From positions 2,304,001 to 2,368,000 of the forward strand of contig OZ244960.1 in NCBI GenBank assembly GCA_965222605.1: 64,000 nucleotides of DNA. Reading direction: 5' to 3'. The DNA comes from Candidatus Latescibacterota bacterium (lineage in GTDB: Bacteria > Latescibacterota > UBA2968). Shown here piece after piece: positions 20,627 to 30,034 of this stretch (positions are counted from its first letter, which is position 1; each line of letters opens with the position of its first letter). The position numbers and the translations under genes are program-made. The notes under the pieces were generated by a model. That model was not told the origin of the DNA and did not search any database. It saw nothing but the letters and a program-made list of their open reading frames with translations.

Positions 20627-21910
20627 ATGGCGAGAAAAGTAACAATGGCATTGATTGGCGCCGGGATGTTTGGCGGCGATGTTCACGCCCGAGCGTTTGC
20701 AGATCTGCAACGCAACGGTATCAGTGGTCTGATGGGGCGAGTGGGACTCGACGCCTGGGCACGCGACCTTGCAGACATCGAATTTGATCTCGTTGCAGTA
20801 GCCACGCGCAGCGAAGCATCCGCCCAGCGCGCAAAAGCCAATTTTGAACAATGGACCGGACACGCGCCCAAACCCTACTGGGGCGAAACACCCTGGGAAG
20901 ACGTATTGCGCGACTTTCCAGACCTCGATGTCATGGCCGTCGCCACACCCGACAATCTACACACGCCCGTGGTACTGGCAGCATTGAACAACGGCACCCA
21001 TGTAATGACCGAGAAACCGATGTGCTTATCAATACATGAAGCCGATGAAATGATCGAACTCGCCAACAAAAAAGGACTGGTATGTGCGGTAGATATGCAC
21101 AAGCGCTACGACCCGGATCACATGCGCATCGAGCACGACATCGCCAATCGCATCGGCGATCCAATCTATGGACTGGCCATGTTGGAAGAACCGCTCGAAG
21201 TATCCACCAGCACATTTAAGTGGGCAGAAGAAAGCGACCCCTTTTCCTATGTGGGACCCCACTGGGTCGATCTGTTTTACAATTACTACCGCAGCAAACC
21301 CGTATCCCTCACAGCCGTAGGACAAAAAAAACGCCTGATACGCGATGGGATTGACGCCTATGATGCCGTCCAGGTACGCGTAGATTTTGACAATGGCATG
21401 AGCATCTATTTTCACAACAACTGGATCACGCCCGATGATTTTGAAGGCCCGGTCAATCAGGGACACGAAATTGTTGGCACCGACGGCAAAGTGGAATCCG
21501 ACCAGCAATATCGCGGATTTCGCTTTTGGTACGCGGGCGGCGGCAGCCAGAGTTCAAACAACCACTTTACGCGCAACGTCAGACGCCCCGACGACTCAGA
21601 AGTCTATGTGGGATACGGCGTAGATAGCATCACCGTAGCATTGGTCGCAATATGTCGCGTCGAATTCTTGGGCGAAACCCTATCGGATGTAAAAGAAATC
21701 TATCCCACGGCTGAAGACGGACGGATTACAACGGCGATAGTAGATGCTGCGCGCATCGTCCGCGATCGCAATTTTGAATACATGCGCGAAGGCAAAGGCG
21801 CCACAGTTACAGCACAATTCGGCGCAGATGGCATCGTCATCGTCGATCCCAATCGCGTATCTGACGGACCCGACGCTGTATTTGAAAAAATATACGATAA
21901 ACCGATTTGA
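20627..21910 (+). CDS. Gfo/Idh/MocA-family oxidoreductase
   Basis: IGAGMFG, VATPDNLH, HVMTEKPM, HKRYDP motifs. Confidence 0.9.
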   Translation: MARKVTMALIGAGMFGGDVHARAFADLQRNGISGLMGRVGLDAWARDLADIEFDLVAVATRSEASAQRAKANFEQWTGHAPKPYWGETPWEDVLRDFPDLDVMAVATPDNLHTPVVLAALNNGTHVMTEKPMCLSIHEADEMIELANKKGLVCAVDMHKRYDPDHMRIEHDIANRIGDPIYGLAMLEEPLEVSTSTFKWAEESDPFSYVGPHWVDLFYNYYRSKPVSLTAVGQKKRLIRDGIDAYDAVQVRVDFDNGMSIYFHNNWITPDDFEGPVNQGHEIVGTDGKVESDQQYRGFRFWYAGGGSQSSNNHFTRNVRRPDDSEVYVGYGVDSITVALVAICRVEFLGETLSDVKEIYPTAEDGRITTAIVDAARIVRDRNFEYMREGKGATVTAQFGADGIVIVDPNRVSDGPDAVFEKIYDKPI

Positions 21911-21950
21911 AGTAGGAAGTGGGAAGTGGGAAGTGGGAAGTGGGAAGTAG
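21909..21950. repeat. Heptamer tandem repeat (GAAGTRG)x6
   Basis: Read directly at the end of the oxidoreductase gene. Confidence 0.9.
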
Positions 21951-21983
21951 AAAATCCTGCAAATCTATGATCTAAGGTGAATC

Positions 21984-23351
21984 ATGGGAAAAGAATTTGA
22001 CATCACCCCTGTTAATGTACCAAAAGTCGATACAAAATATCGCCGCATTGTGACACCTGTGCCCCATCCAGACTCGGTGGCAACGCTAAAAACGTTACAC
22101 AGGGTGGAACCCATCTCCATGCGCGGACAACCGCCCATTGTATGGGACCGCGCAGAAGATTGTCAGGTTTACGACAAATACGGCAATATGTGGCTCGACT
22201 GGAGCTCGGGCGTACTCGTTACCAATGCCGGGCACGGCATGCCCGAAGTCCGACAAGCAATCATAGATCAAGTAAACAGCGGGCTATTGCACAATTACGT
22301 ATTTCCAAGCGAAGAGCGGGCGCAAGTCGTCGAGTTGCTGGCGGACCTGGCTCCCGATGGATTGGACAAAGTATTTCTGCTAACCACCGGATCTGAAAGC
22401 ACTGAAAACGCCTTGAAACTGGCGCGAACGCACGGCATTACAACAGGCGGAAAAAAGAAAATCGGCTTTGTGGGATTTGAACGCGGATTCCACGGGCGCA
22501 CAATGGGCGCACAGCAAGTCGGCGGAATGCCCGGGCAAAAAGACTGGATCGGAAACGAAGACCCCGCCATCGTACAAGTACCCTTTCCCGATGGATATTG
22601 GACGGAAAATGTGGATTTCGACTTTTTCTGCTCTACAATCAAAGACAAAGGACTAAATGCAGACGATGTATGCGGTGTAATGCTCGAAACATATCAGGGC
22701 GTAGGACCTGATTTCGCACCCGTGCCTTATGTACAGGCACTATCTGAATGGTGCAAAGCACACGGTGCCCTGTTGATCTTTGATGAAGTACAGGCGGGAT
22801 TTGGTCGCACCGGTAAAATGTGGGGGTTTGAGCATTACGGCGTAATCCCCGACCTGATCTGCTTTGGCAAAGGCGTGAGCAGCTCCTTGCCGCTATCGGG
22901 CGTAATCGGCAGAACCGAGGTCATGGACTTATATCCCCCCGGATCAATGACAAGCACCCACACGGGCAACCCCGTCTGTTGTGCAGCGGCGCTGGCCAGC
23001 CTAAAAAAAATAGTAGATGACGATCTCACCGGCAATGCAGCGCGACTCGAACCAGTATTAGCGAACGGAATCAAAAAAATTCAAGCCGCGCATCCCGATG
23101 TAGTCGGACACATAACCTGCAAAGGACTTGTAGGCGGCGTACAAATGGTAAAAGCGAATCAAAAAGAACCCGACCCGGACCTGGCGCACGAAATTGTACT
23201 GCGCTGTTTCCACAAAGGATTGCTATTCTTTGCCCCCGTGGGCGCGTGGGGACAAACCGTAAAAATTTCTCCGCCATTGACCATTGAACAAGACGCGCTT
23301 GAAGATGGCCTGCAAGTGCTTGCTGAAGTTGTGGGTGATATACAGGGGTAA
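21984..23351 (+). CDS. Class III PLP aminotransferase (GabT-like)
   Basis: TGSESTENALK, FHGRT, IFDEVQAGFGRTG, FGKG, STHTGNP motifs. Confidence 0.92.
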   Translation: MGKEFDITPVNVPKVDTKYRRIVTPVPHPDSVATLKTLHRVEPISMRGQPPIVWDRAEDCQVYDKYGNMWLDWSSGVLVTNAGHGMPEVRQAIIDQVNSGLLHNYVFPSEERAQVVELLADLAPDGLDKVFLLTTGSESTENALKLARTHGITTGGKKKIGFVGFERGFHGRTMGAQQVGGMPGQKDWIGNEDPAIVQVPFPDGYWTENVDFDFFCSTIKDKGLNADDVCGVMLETYQGVGPDFAPVPYVQALSEWCKAHGALLIFDEVQAGFGRTGKMWGFEHYGVIPDLICFGKGVSSSLPLSGVIGRTEVMDLYPPGSMTSTHTGNPVCCAAALASLKKIVDDDLTGNAARLEPVLANGIKKIQAAHPDVVGHITCKGLVGGVQMVKANQKEPDPDLAHEIVLRCFHKGLLFFAPVGAWGQTVKISPPLTIEQDALEDGLQVLAEVVGDIQG

Positions 23352-23358
23352 AAAGTAT

Positions 23359-24525
23359 ATGGCAAACGAAAAACGCGGACGACTGCGCGAAATAGCGGCA
23401 TTATTCTTTAAACTCGGCGTAATTGGCTTTGGTGGTCCTGCAGCGCATATCGCCTTAATGGAAGACGAAGTAGTTGAAAAGCGCGCGTGGTTATCGCGCG
23501 AACGATTTTTAGATCTCGTCGGTGTAACCAGTATTATCCCCGGTCCAAACTCGACGGAAATGGCGATACACCTGGGATTCTTGCGCGGAGGCTGGCCCGG
23601 CCTATTGCTGGCTGGCGGATGTTTTATATTCCCTGCCGTTACATTGACAACAATCCTCGCCTGGGCCTACATGACTTACGGCGCCATCCCAGAGGTTGCC
23701 GATTTGCTCTACGGCATCAAACCAGCGGTACTCGCCGTCATTCTGGGTGCGCTGTGGCGATTGGGACAAAAAGCCGTAAAAGGGTGGCGATTGAGCTTTC
23801 TCGGCCTGGCTGTAATGCTCGTGTCCCTCACCCAATTTAGCGGCGTCCTCGCACTGATTGGCGGCGGAATCATCGGGATGTTCTGGCTGCGCATGACGCG
23901 ACCGAGAGACCGCGAACACATGGCTGTAATTGCGCCTATAGCAGGTACTGGATTGACAATGCTGGCAAGTCAAGGCGCAGTATCCGCAGGACCAACCCTG
24001 TGGGCACTGGGTCTGTTCTTTCTAAAAATTGGCGCGATCCTCTACGGCAGCGGATACTTACTCATTGCATTTCTCGAAGAAGAACTCGTGCTCAGATATG
24101 CCTGGCTAACGCAGGAGCAATTGCTGGAAGCCATTGCCATCGGCCAGTTTACACCTGGACCCGTATTATCGACCGCGGCCTTCATCGGTTATCTGGTCAC
24201 CGGTGGCAAACTATCGGGCGCACTCGTCGCTGCTGGCGCGATCTTCTTGCCCTCCTTTGTATTTGTCGCTGCTCTGAATCCCCTCTTGCCCCGGCTGCGA
24301 GAATCTCAATGGGTATCGTCTTTTCTCGACGCCGTAAACGTCTGTGCTGTGGGATTGATGGCCGCTGTGACAATAGAACTGGGCTATCTAACCCTGGATT
24401 CAGTGCCCAAAATGGCAATCGCAGGCATAGCGTCCATTCTGATATTGTGGCGCGGTGTCGGCGCAGTATGGCTGGTCGTTGGCGGAGCCGTTGTGGGCTG
24501 GCTGCTCCTCGCTGCGGGCTTTTAG
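23359..24525 (+). CDS. chrA: Chromate ion transporter (long-chain CHR)
   Basis: GFGGPAAH, PGPNS, LYGSG, GQFTPGP duplicated-domain motifs. Confidence 0.9.
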   Translation: MANEKRGRLREIAALFFKLGVIGFGGPAAHIALMEDEVVEKRAWLSRERFLDLVGVTSIIPGPNSTEMAIHLGFLRGGWPGLLLAGGCFIFPAVTLTTILAWAYMTYGAIPEVADLLYGIKPAVLAVILGALWRLGQKAVKGWRLSFLGLAVMLVSLTQFSGVLALIGGGIIGMFWLRMTRPRDREHMAVIAPIAGTGLTMLASQGAVSAGPTLWALGLFFLKIGAILYGSGYLLIAFLEEELVLRYAWLTQEQLLEAIAIGQFTPGPVLSTAAFIGYLVTGGKLSGALVAAGAIFLPSFVFVAALNPLLPRLRESQWVSSFLDAVNVCAVGLMAAVTIELGYLTLDSVPKMAIAGIASILILWRGVGAVWLVVGGAVVGWLLLAAGF

Positions 24526-24527
24526 GG

Positions 24528-25418
24528 ATGAATCAAGAATATCTCAAACCCGAAGTCGTCTCCCGACTCTCGCGTCTCGATCTGATCGCCCGCATGGTTG
24601 TTGAAGGATTTATCACTGGCCTGCATCAAAGCCCCTACCACGGGTTCTCCGTCGAATTTTCCGAATACCGACAATACATGCCGGGAGACTCACTGCGCGA
24701 TCTGGACTGGAAAGTATTTGGCAAAACCGACCGCCTCTACGTCAAACAATACGAAGAAGAAACCAACCTCAAAGCCCATCTCCTCATAGACGCCAGTGCC
24801 TCAATGGCATATCGTTCGGACTCAATCACCAAATTCCAATACGCATCTTATACCGCAGCCGCCCTATCCCATCTCATGTTGCGCCAGCGCGATGCCGTCG
24901 GCCTGATCGCCTTTGACGACCGCATTCGCACGTATTTGCCGCCCCGCTCAGTCACCAGTCATTTGCACACCCTGCTGACCACGCTTCAAAACACCAGTCC
25001 CGAAGGCACCGATACCGATCTGGCCGCTACCTTTCACGAACTGGCCGAACGCATTGTGCGCCGCGGCCTCGTCATCGTCATCTCCGATCTCTTCGACGAC
25101 CCAGACCGCCTGCTCAACGGCCTCAAACACTTTCGCCATCGCAACCACGAAGTAATCGTCTTCCATGTGCTGGACCCCCGCGAGCGCGACCTCGACTTTA
25201 ACCGTGAAATGCGCTTTGTCGATCTCGAATCCGGCACGCAAATCGCCACAGAACCCTGGCATCTCGCACCTGCGTACCGCGAACACATGGAGAGCCTCAT
25301 CGATCGCTTCCGCCGCGAATGCCGCGAAGCCCTCATCGACTACGTCCTCCTCGAAACCTCGGAACCCTTTGACACCGCCCTCTTCAACTACCTCGCAAAA
25401 CGCAAAAAATTGATGTGA
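24528..25418 (+). CDS. DUF58-family vWA-like protein
   Basis: GLHQSPYHGFSVEFSEYRQY.PGD..DWK..YVKQYEEETN, DASASM, ISDL. Confidence 0.9.
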   Translation: MNQEYLKPEVVSRLSRLDLIARMVVEGFITGLHQSPYHGFSVEFSEYRQYMPGDSLRDLDWKVFGKTDRLYVKQYEEETNLKAHLLIDASASMAYRSDSITKFQYASYTAAALSHLMLRQRDAVGLIAFDDRIRTYLPPRSVTSHLHTLLTTLQNTSPEGTDTDLAATFHELAERIVRRGLVIVISDLFDDPDRLLNGLKHFRHRNHEVIVFHVLDPRERDLDFNREMRFVDLESGTQIATEPWHLAPAYREHMESLIDRFRRECREALIDYVLLETSEPFDTALFNYLAKRKKLM

Positions 25419-25494
25419 GAAGCAAAGAGGGGCTGGGGATTGGAGGCTGGGGACTGGTTATGACAAGCGAGCGGATTTTCGGAAAAATTTGACG

Positions 25495-26808
25495 CTATGG
25501 CGGGCAAACCTGCAAGTCGCTCTTGATGGTTAAGTTAGGGATTCTATCTACAACAAGCGGTATGCATCCGGTCAGTTTGTTGCCAATGAGAGTCAAGTGC
25601 GTCAAATTTTCAAGATTGCCCAATTCAGGTGGGATAGTACCACTCAACTGGTTATGATTGAGAAGCAAATGCGTCAGATTTCCAAGGCTGCCTAACTCAG
25701 TTGGAATGCCGCCGCTCAACTGGTTATGATTGAGGGACAATATTTTCAGTTTCGCAAGGCTACTCAGTTCAAGTGGAATGCTTCCAGTCAACAGGTTGTT
25801 ATTGAGGGTCAACATTGTCAGATTCGCAAGGTTCCCCAATTCGGATGGGATGCTACCGGACAACAGGTTGTGATTAAGAGTCAACATTGTCAGATTTGTA
25901 AGATTGCCTAACTCAGATGGGATATTCCCGGTCAACAGGTTGTCAGAGAGGGCCAATAGGGTCAGCTTGACAAGGCTGCTCAGTTCAGACGGGATACTGC
26001 CGATCAGTTGGTTGCTCTCAAGAACCAGTCCCTTCAGGTTAGCAAGACCACATAATTCAAGTGGTATGCCGCCGATTAACTGGTTATCAGAAAGGGCCAA
26101 TGCCGTCAGACTGGCGAGGCTACCCAACTCAGGTGGGATAGTACCACTCAACTGGTTATTATCGAGGAATAAATGCGTCAGATTTGCAAGACGACTCAGT
26201 TCAAGTGGTATCGTACCTGTCAACCGGTTGTTGGAGAGAATTAACCCCGTTAGCCTGGCAAGGCTACCCAACTCGGGTGGAATACTGCCGGTCAACTGGT
26301 TTTTCTGGAGGGCTAATCCCGTCAGGCTGGCAAGATTAGTAAGTTCAAGTGGGATAGTACCGGTCAACTGGTTGTTGGCGAGGGTCAGTTTCTTCAAATT
26401 TGCAAGGTTGCCCAACTCAGGCGGGATGTCGCCGGTCAACTGGTTGTTGTGAAGGAGCAACCTCTCCAGCCTGGTAAGATTGCCCAATTCAGGCGGAATG
26501 CTGCCGGTCAGACCCTTATCATTTAGCTCCAATGCCTGGATGCGTAACGGCGTACCTGCAACGATAACACCTTCCCATTGTGCAATATCAGTACTATCGC
26601 TCCAGTTTAGCGTCGCCTTACCAGTTAACGTGTCTCTAACGGCCAATAGCAGGGCACAATCCTTAACCAGATCCGGATTGCTCTGAGTATTCGGCACTGT
26701 GATATCAATGGCCTGAAGCGGTTGAATTAAAAGAACAAATAATGGGATTGTACAGGCTATGGCCTGTGCCAAACGGAGAAGCAAAGCAAAGGATAGAAAC
26801 TGGCACAT
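25495..26808 (-). CDS. Secreted plant-specific-class LRR protein
   Basis: 13 repeats of 24 aa, LxGxIPxELxxLxxLxxLxLxxNx, after an N-cap LNW...WEGV. Confidence 0.9.
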   Translation of the reverse strand: MCQFLSFALLLRLAQAIACTIPLFVLLIQPLQAIDITVPNTQSNPDLVKDCALLLAVRDTLTGKATLNWSDSTDIAQWEGVIVAGTPLRIQALELNDKGLTGSIPPELGNLTRLERLLLHNNQLTGDIPPELGNLANLKKLTLANNQLTGTIPLELTNLASLTGLALQKNQLTGSIPPELGSLARLTGLILSNNRLTGTIPLELSRLANLTHLFLDNNQLSGTIPPELGSLASLTALALSDNQLIGGIPLELCGLANLKGLVLESNQLIGSIPSELSSLVKLTLLALSDNLLTGNIPSELGNLTNLTMLTLNHNLLSGSIPSELGNLANLTMLTLNNNLLTGSIPLELSSLAKLKILSLNHNQLSGGIPTELGSLGNLTHLLLNHNQLSGTIPPELGNLENLTHLTLIGNKLTGCIPLVVDRIPNLTIKSDLQVCPP

Positions 26809-26822
26809 GGTTTCTCTCCTCT

Positions 26823-28883
26823 TTATTGAGCGTTCATTAGCCTGGAGAGCAATTTATCTGCTTCAGCCTTTTCTATGCGTTTTCCATTGACTTCAGAGAC
26901 CAGTTTGATTGCAGTCCAGGCAGGAGCGTAGCCCCCTCTCAATTCTACGGATTTGCGAAAACTTTCAAGGGACTCACTGACTTCTCCAATAGAAAATTGA
27001 ACAATCCCAAGCCAATAGTAAATCATATAATTCTTGGCCCCACCATTTGGAAACAGCGTTATTGCTTTGTTGAGGTATTCACGCGCACTTTTTTTATCTC
27101 CATCAGAGAAATAACTCAAAGCAAGCACCAAATGTGCTGTTTGATATTTGCCATCTGCCAAGTTGATGGCCTTCTGAGACAGTTCTTTTGCTTTCTTGTA
27201 TTTGTACTTTCTATCTGCTATACGTGCCAGACTCATCCATCCAACAGGATCATCTCCACGCTGTTGAATCGCCTGTTGAATCACCTGTTCAGCTTTAGTC
27301 AGTTTCCCCATTCTGATATACACATCTGCCAACAATATTTTGAGAAAATAGGGTGTGTCGAGTTTCAAAAATCGATCAAAGTAATTTGACGCCGCAACGA
27401 ACTGTTCCGACTTAAAACGGCCATATCCCGCCAATAAGAGTGACAACGGATTTGCCCTATTATTTGGAACCAGAGATATGTCTTGTTCTCGTTGTTTGGG
27501 GAGCACGAGAAAGATACCGTTTCTTCCTCGCTTCCAATATTCTTGAAAGTCGGCCAGAGGGAGTTTGTGCAATTTATGGATCGATGGGTCATTGACAATA
27601 ATGACATCGCGCTGATAATCAATCCCAACAACGATTACAGTATGACTCAGGTCTGGGTCTTGATCGGCTATCAAAGCAACAGGTGGACATCCTGACTTGA
27701 GAGATTCTTCTATTTGCTCTAAATCCCAATTCAGATAGTGAATAGACAGTTCGGGAAATGCCTCTGATAGTGCGTAAAGTGCTGACAGATTATCCTCAAG
27801 CCGGTCTTCCAGCGTCAACCAATCTTCGGCCTGATTTTCAGCACCGTCCCAATATCTCATCACAGATAAAACTGAGGCTTTAAGGCAAGTGACTCCTCGC
27901 CCTTGAGCGTAAAATGGCACTTGAGAAACAAATAGACGTTCACCGCGCTTGTCCTGATTCAGATTCTCAAGGGCGTGAGTTGCATAATCAATATCTGTAT
28001 TAGTTGTGGCGTTTTTCTTCAGCATATTAAAATAAAATTTAGAACTATCAACTTGACCTATTTCATAAAAAGTTTCAGCTATCATAAGAAGTGTATCTTT
28101 ATCAGGATGTTGCCTTTTGTTTCCGAGTTGGTCAATGTAAATGCTTTGTTTTAAGTAGGGGAGCGCGTTTTCAAACTGTTCTAAAAAAAAGATCGTCTCT
28201 CCTTTTCTTCGAACGGCCTGACGATTTTCTTCAACCTGATTTAGGATCGCAAGTGCTTGCTCAAAAAATCCCGCTTTTAAGTTTAACTCTGCAAGCACGA
28301 TGCGATTTTGGATATCTTCAGGCCTATTCTTCAATGCGTTCTCTAATAGCTCAATCGCTTTTCGATATAATTTTAGTCCATTATAAGTTGCTACAAGATT
28401 TATTTTTATTTGTGCATTATCCGGATCAATTTCCAATCCTCTTTCTCCAATTTCCCGTGCCAGTGCCCACCTCTGTTGTTTTGCGTATATTCCCGAAAGA
28501 TTGCGATAAACACCTGGCATGTGCAAGCCCAGGTCTATAGCTCGTTCAAGTCCTTTTGCTGCTGCTTCGTAATTATTCTGAAAAAAAGCAACGGTGCCTA
28601 AGCCGTAATACGCTTCTGCAAACAAACTGTCACAAGAAATAGCTGTTGCAAAATGTCTTTGAGCTAAATCCAATTGTCTTAAAATGCCAAAACTTTTCCC
28701 AATCAGAGTATGGGCCTGAGCAGAACAAGAGTCTGCTTTGAGAACCTCTTCTGCTGCCTGGATACAGCTTTGATAATCTTTGTTCGCATAAAAAGTCTCT
28801 GCCTGGCGCAACAACTCACTACCATCAGAAAATCCAGGGAATAAAAAAATTAAAATCAACAGGCATTTTGATAGGCCGTTCAT
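26823..28883 (-). CDS. TPR-repeat protein with central C39-like cysteine peptidase domain
   Basis: Signal-like N-terminus; TPRs on both sides of VPFYAQ...TC...SVMRYW...HTVIVVG...NDP. Confidence 0.8.
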   Translation of the reverse strand: MNGLSKCLLILIFLFPGFSDGSELLRQAETFYANKDYQSCIQAAEEVLKADSCSAQAHTLIGKSFGILRQLDLAQRHFATAISCDSLFAEAYYGLGTVAFFQNNYEAAAKGLERAIDLGLHMPGVYRNLSGIYAKQQRWALAREIGERGLEIDPDNAQIKINLVATYNGLKLYRKAIELLENALKNRPEDIQNRIVLAELNLKAGFFEQALAILNQVEENRQAVRRKGETIFFLEQFENALPYLKQSIYIDQLGNKRQHPDKDTLLMIAETFYEIGQVDSSKFYFNMLKKNATTNTDIDYATHALENLNQDKRGERLFVSQVPFYAQGRGVTCLKASVLSVMRYWDGAENQAEDWLTLEDRLEDNLSALYALSEAFPELSIHYLNWDLEQIEESLKSGCPPVALIADQDPDLSHTVIVVGIDYQRDVIIVNDPSIHKLHKLPLADFQEYWKRGRNGIFLVLPKQREQDISLVPNNRANPLSLLLAGYGRFKSEQFVAASNYFDRFLKLDTPYFLKILLADVYIRMGKLTKAEQVIQQAIQQRGDDPVGWMSLARIADRKYKYKKAKELSQKAINLADGKYQTAHLVLALSYFSDGDKKSAREYLNKAITLFPNGGAKNYMIYYWLGIVQFSIGEVSESLESFRKSVELRGGYAPAWTAIKLVSEVNGKRIEKAEADKLLSRLMNAQ

Positions 28884-28969
28884 TTCAATGACCTCGGTCT
28901 ATATGGTATACTCAGATAATCCATTATTAAAGATAAATCAGCGTGTAGGAATTATAGTCACGGAATGAA

Positions 28970-29183
28970 CTACCAGGGAATTTCGATTTCGATTCCAGCA
29001 GATACTTGTATTCTATCTCTGGCACTTGTTTCCGGCGGCATTGATGGACCTACCTGCGTAGGATTTTCTAGCAATTCTATTTCAACGTAGAATGGACCAA
29101 AGTTTCCTTGTGCCTAGGAGTGAATAAGCCATATACTGCCAATATGGTCTGAGCATTTTCAATATTCTAAGAAATTGCAACAT
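28970..29183 (-). pseudogene. Deletion scar: ABC exporter N-terminus (29183-29082) joined to the 3' end of another gene (stop at 28970-28972)
   Basis: MLQFLRILKMLRPYWQYMAYSLLG resembles MTQIFTIVKMLRPYWRYIIQSLCVG of 35235..36950; a second frame reads GNFGPFYVEIELL...IQVSAGIEIEIPW*. Confidence 0.65.
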
Positions 29184-29227
29184 GTGCTATGTCCATATTC
29201 TCTAAATTGATCTTAATGCTTAAATTG

Positions 29228-29893
29228 TTACTGAGAGGCTATCCAAAATCTACATCCCGCAATAAAGTCCAATGTGCCTGTTATCTTTTCGGAAACATCT
29301 TCTCGTATTCCTCTAAAATGCACAGGTTGAAAACGGATTTCAGTAAAAAAATAGACCTCTTTGTCTTTAATCAAAGCGAATGTACTACCTATCCCAAACA
29401 CTCCGCCAAAATGTAGCTTTGGAAACGCGTCCTGATCATCTTCAGGACAAAAATGGAAGATGCCCAGTCCCACGTTTAGATACGGTCCAAATGGCGCATT
29501 CTTTTCATAAAAGTTACACCTCAATTCAACGAGAAATGAATTTAACCAACCGCCAGAATCAAAATTGCGATATTCTTGTGTATTCTGTACCTCTCTTTGA
29601 GACATGCGAAAAAAAGAGCTGTGCAAAGACAACTCAAATGGTTCGTACCCAACAAACAACTCACTGTTTACCGCGGGTCCCATCTGAGTTCTAACGAGAT
29701 TGAAAGAGGTGTGCCCGTGCTTTAGACCTTTGGCATTCCAACCTTCGACATCCCATTCGGCGTGGTTTATCACTGGAAATGAAGGACCAAACCCAAGCCC
29801 AAATCCAGCATAGATTTCTTGACAATCATTCCTGGAGGGCCAAAAGGACAATATCAAGATTATTATAAGACGGTATTTCATACTCATCATCAC
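29228..29893 (-). CDS. Putative small outer-membrane beta-barrel protein
   Basis: Signal peptide; alternating strands PYLNVGLG, FGGVFGIG, FFTEIRF, terminal AGCRFW. Confidence 0.65.
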   Translation of the reverse strand: MMMSMKYRLIIILILSFWPSRNDCQEIYAGFGLGFGPSFPVINHAEWDVEGWNAKGLKHGHTSFNLVRTQMGPAVNSELFVGYEPFELSLHSSFFRMSQREVQNTQEYRNFDSGGWLNSFLVELRCNFYEKNAPFGPYLNVGLGIFHFCPEDDQDAFPKLHFGGVFGIGSTFALIKDKEVYFFTEIRFQPVHFRGIREDVSEKITGTLDFIAGCRFWIASQ

Positions 29894-30034
29894 CTAATTT
29901 TTGAGATGAAAATCTGGGAAACTCAATTTATCCATCTTTTGAAGAAATTTTTTCCATATCAAATCATGTATGTGACCTCGTTCTATAACAATTTTTCCCT
30001 CGACTGTCATCCCATAAGCTAAAGAGTATTTGCT

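Noticed and set aside
24000-24527. N-terminal extension of the DUF58 ORF in the ORF track
   Set aside because: Overlaps chrA in another frame; family-like sequence begins at ATG 24528
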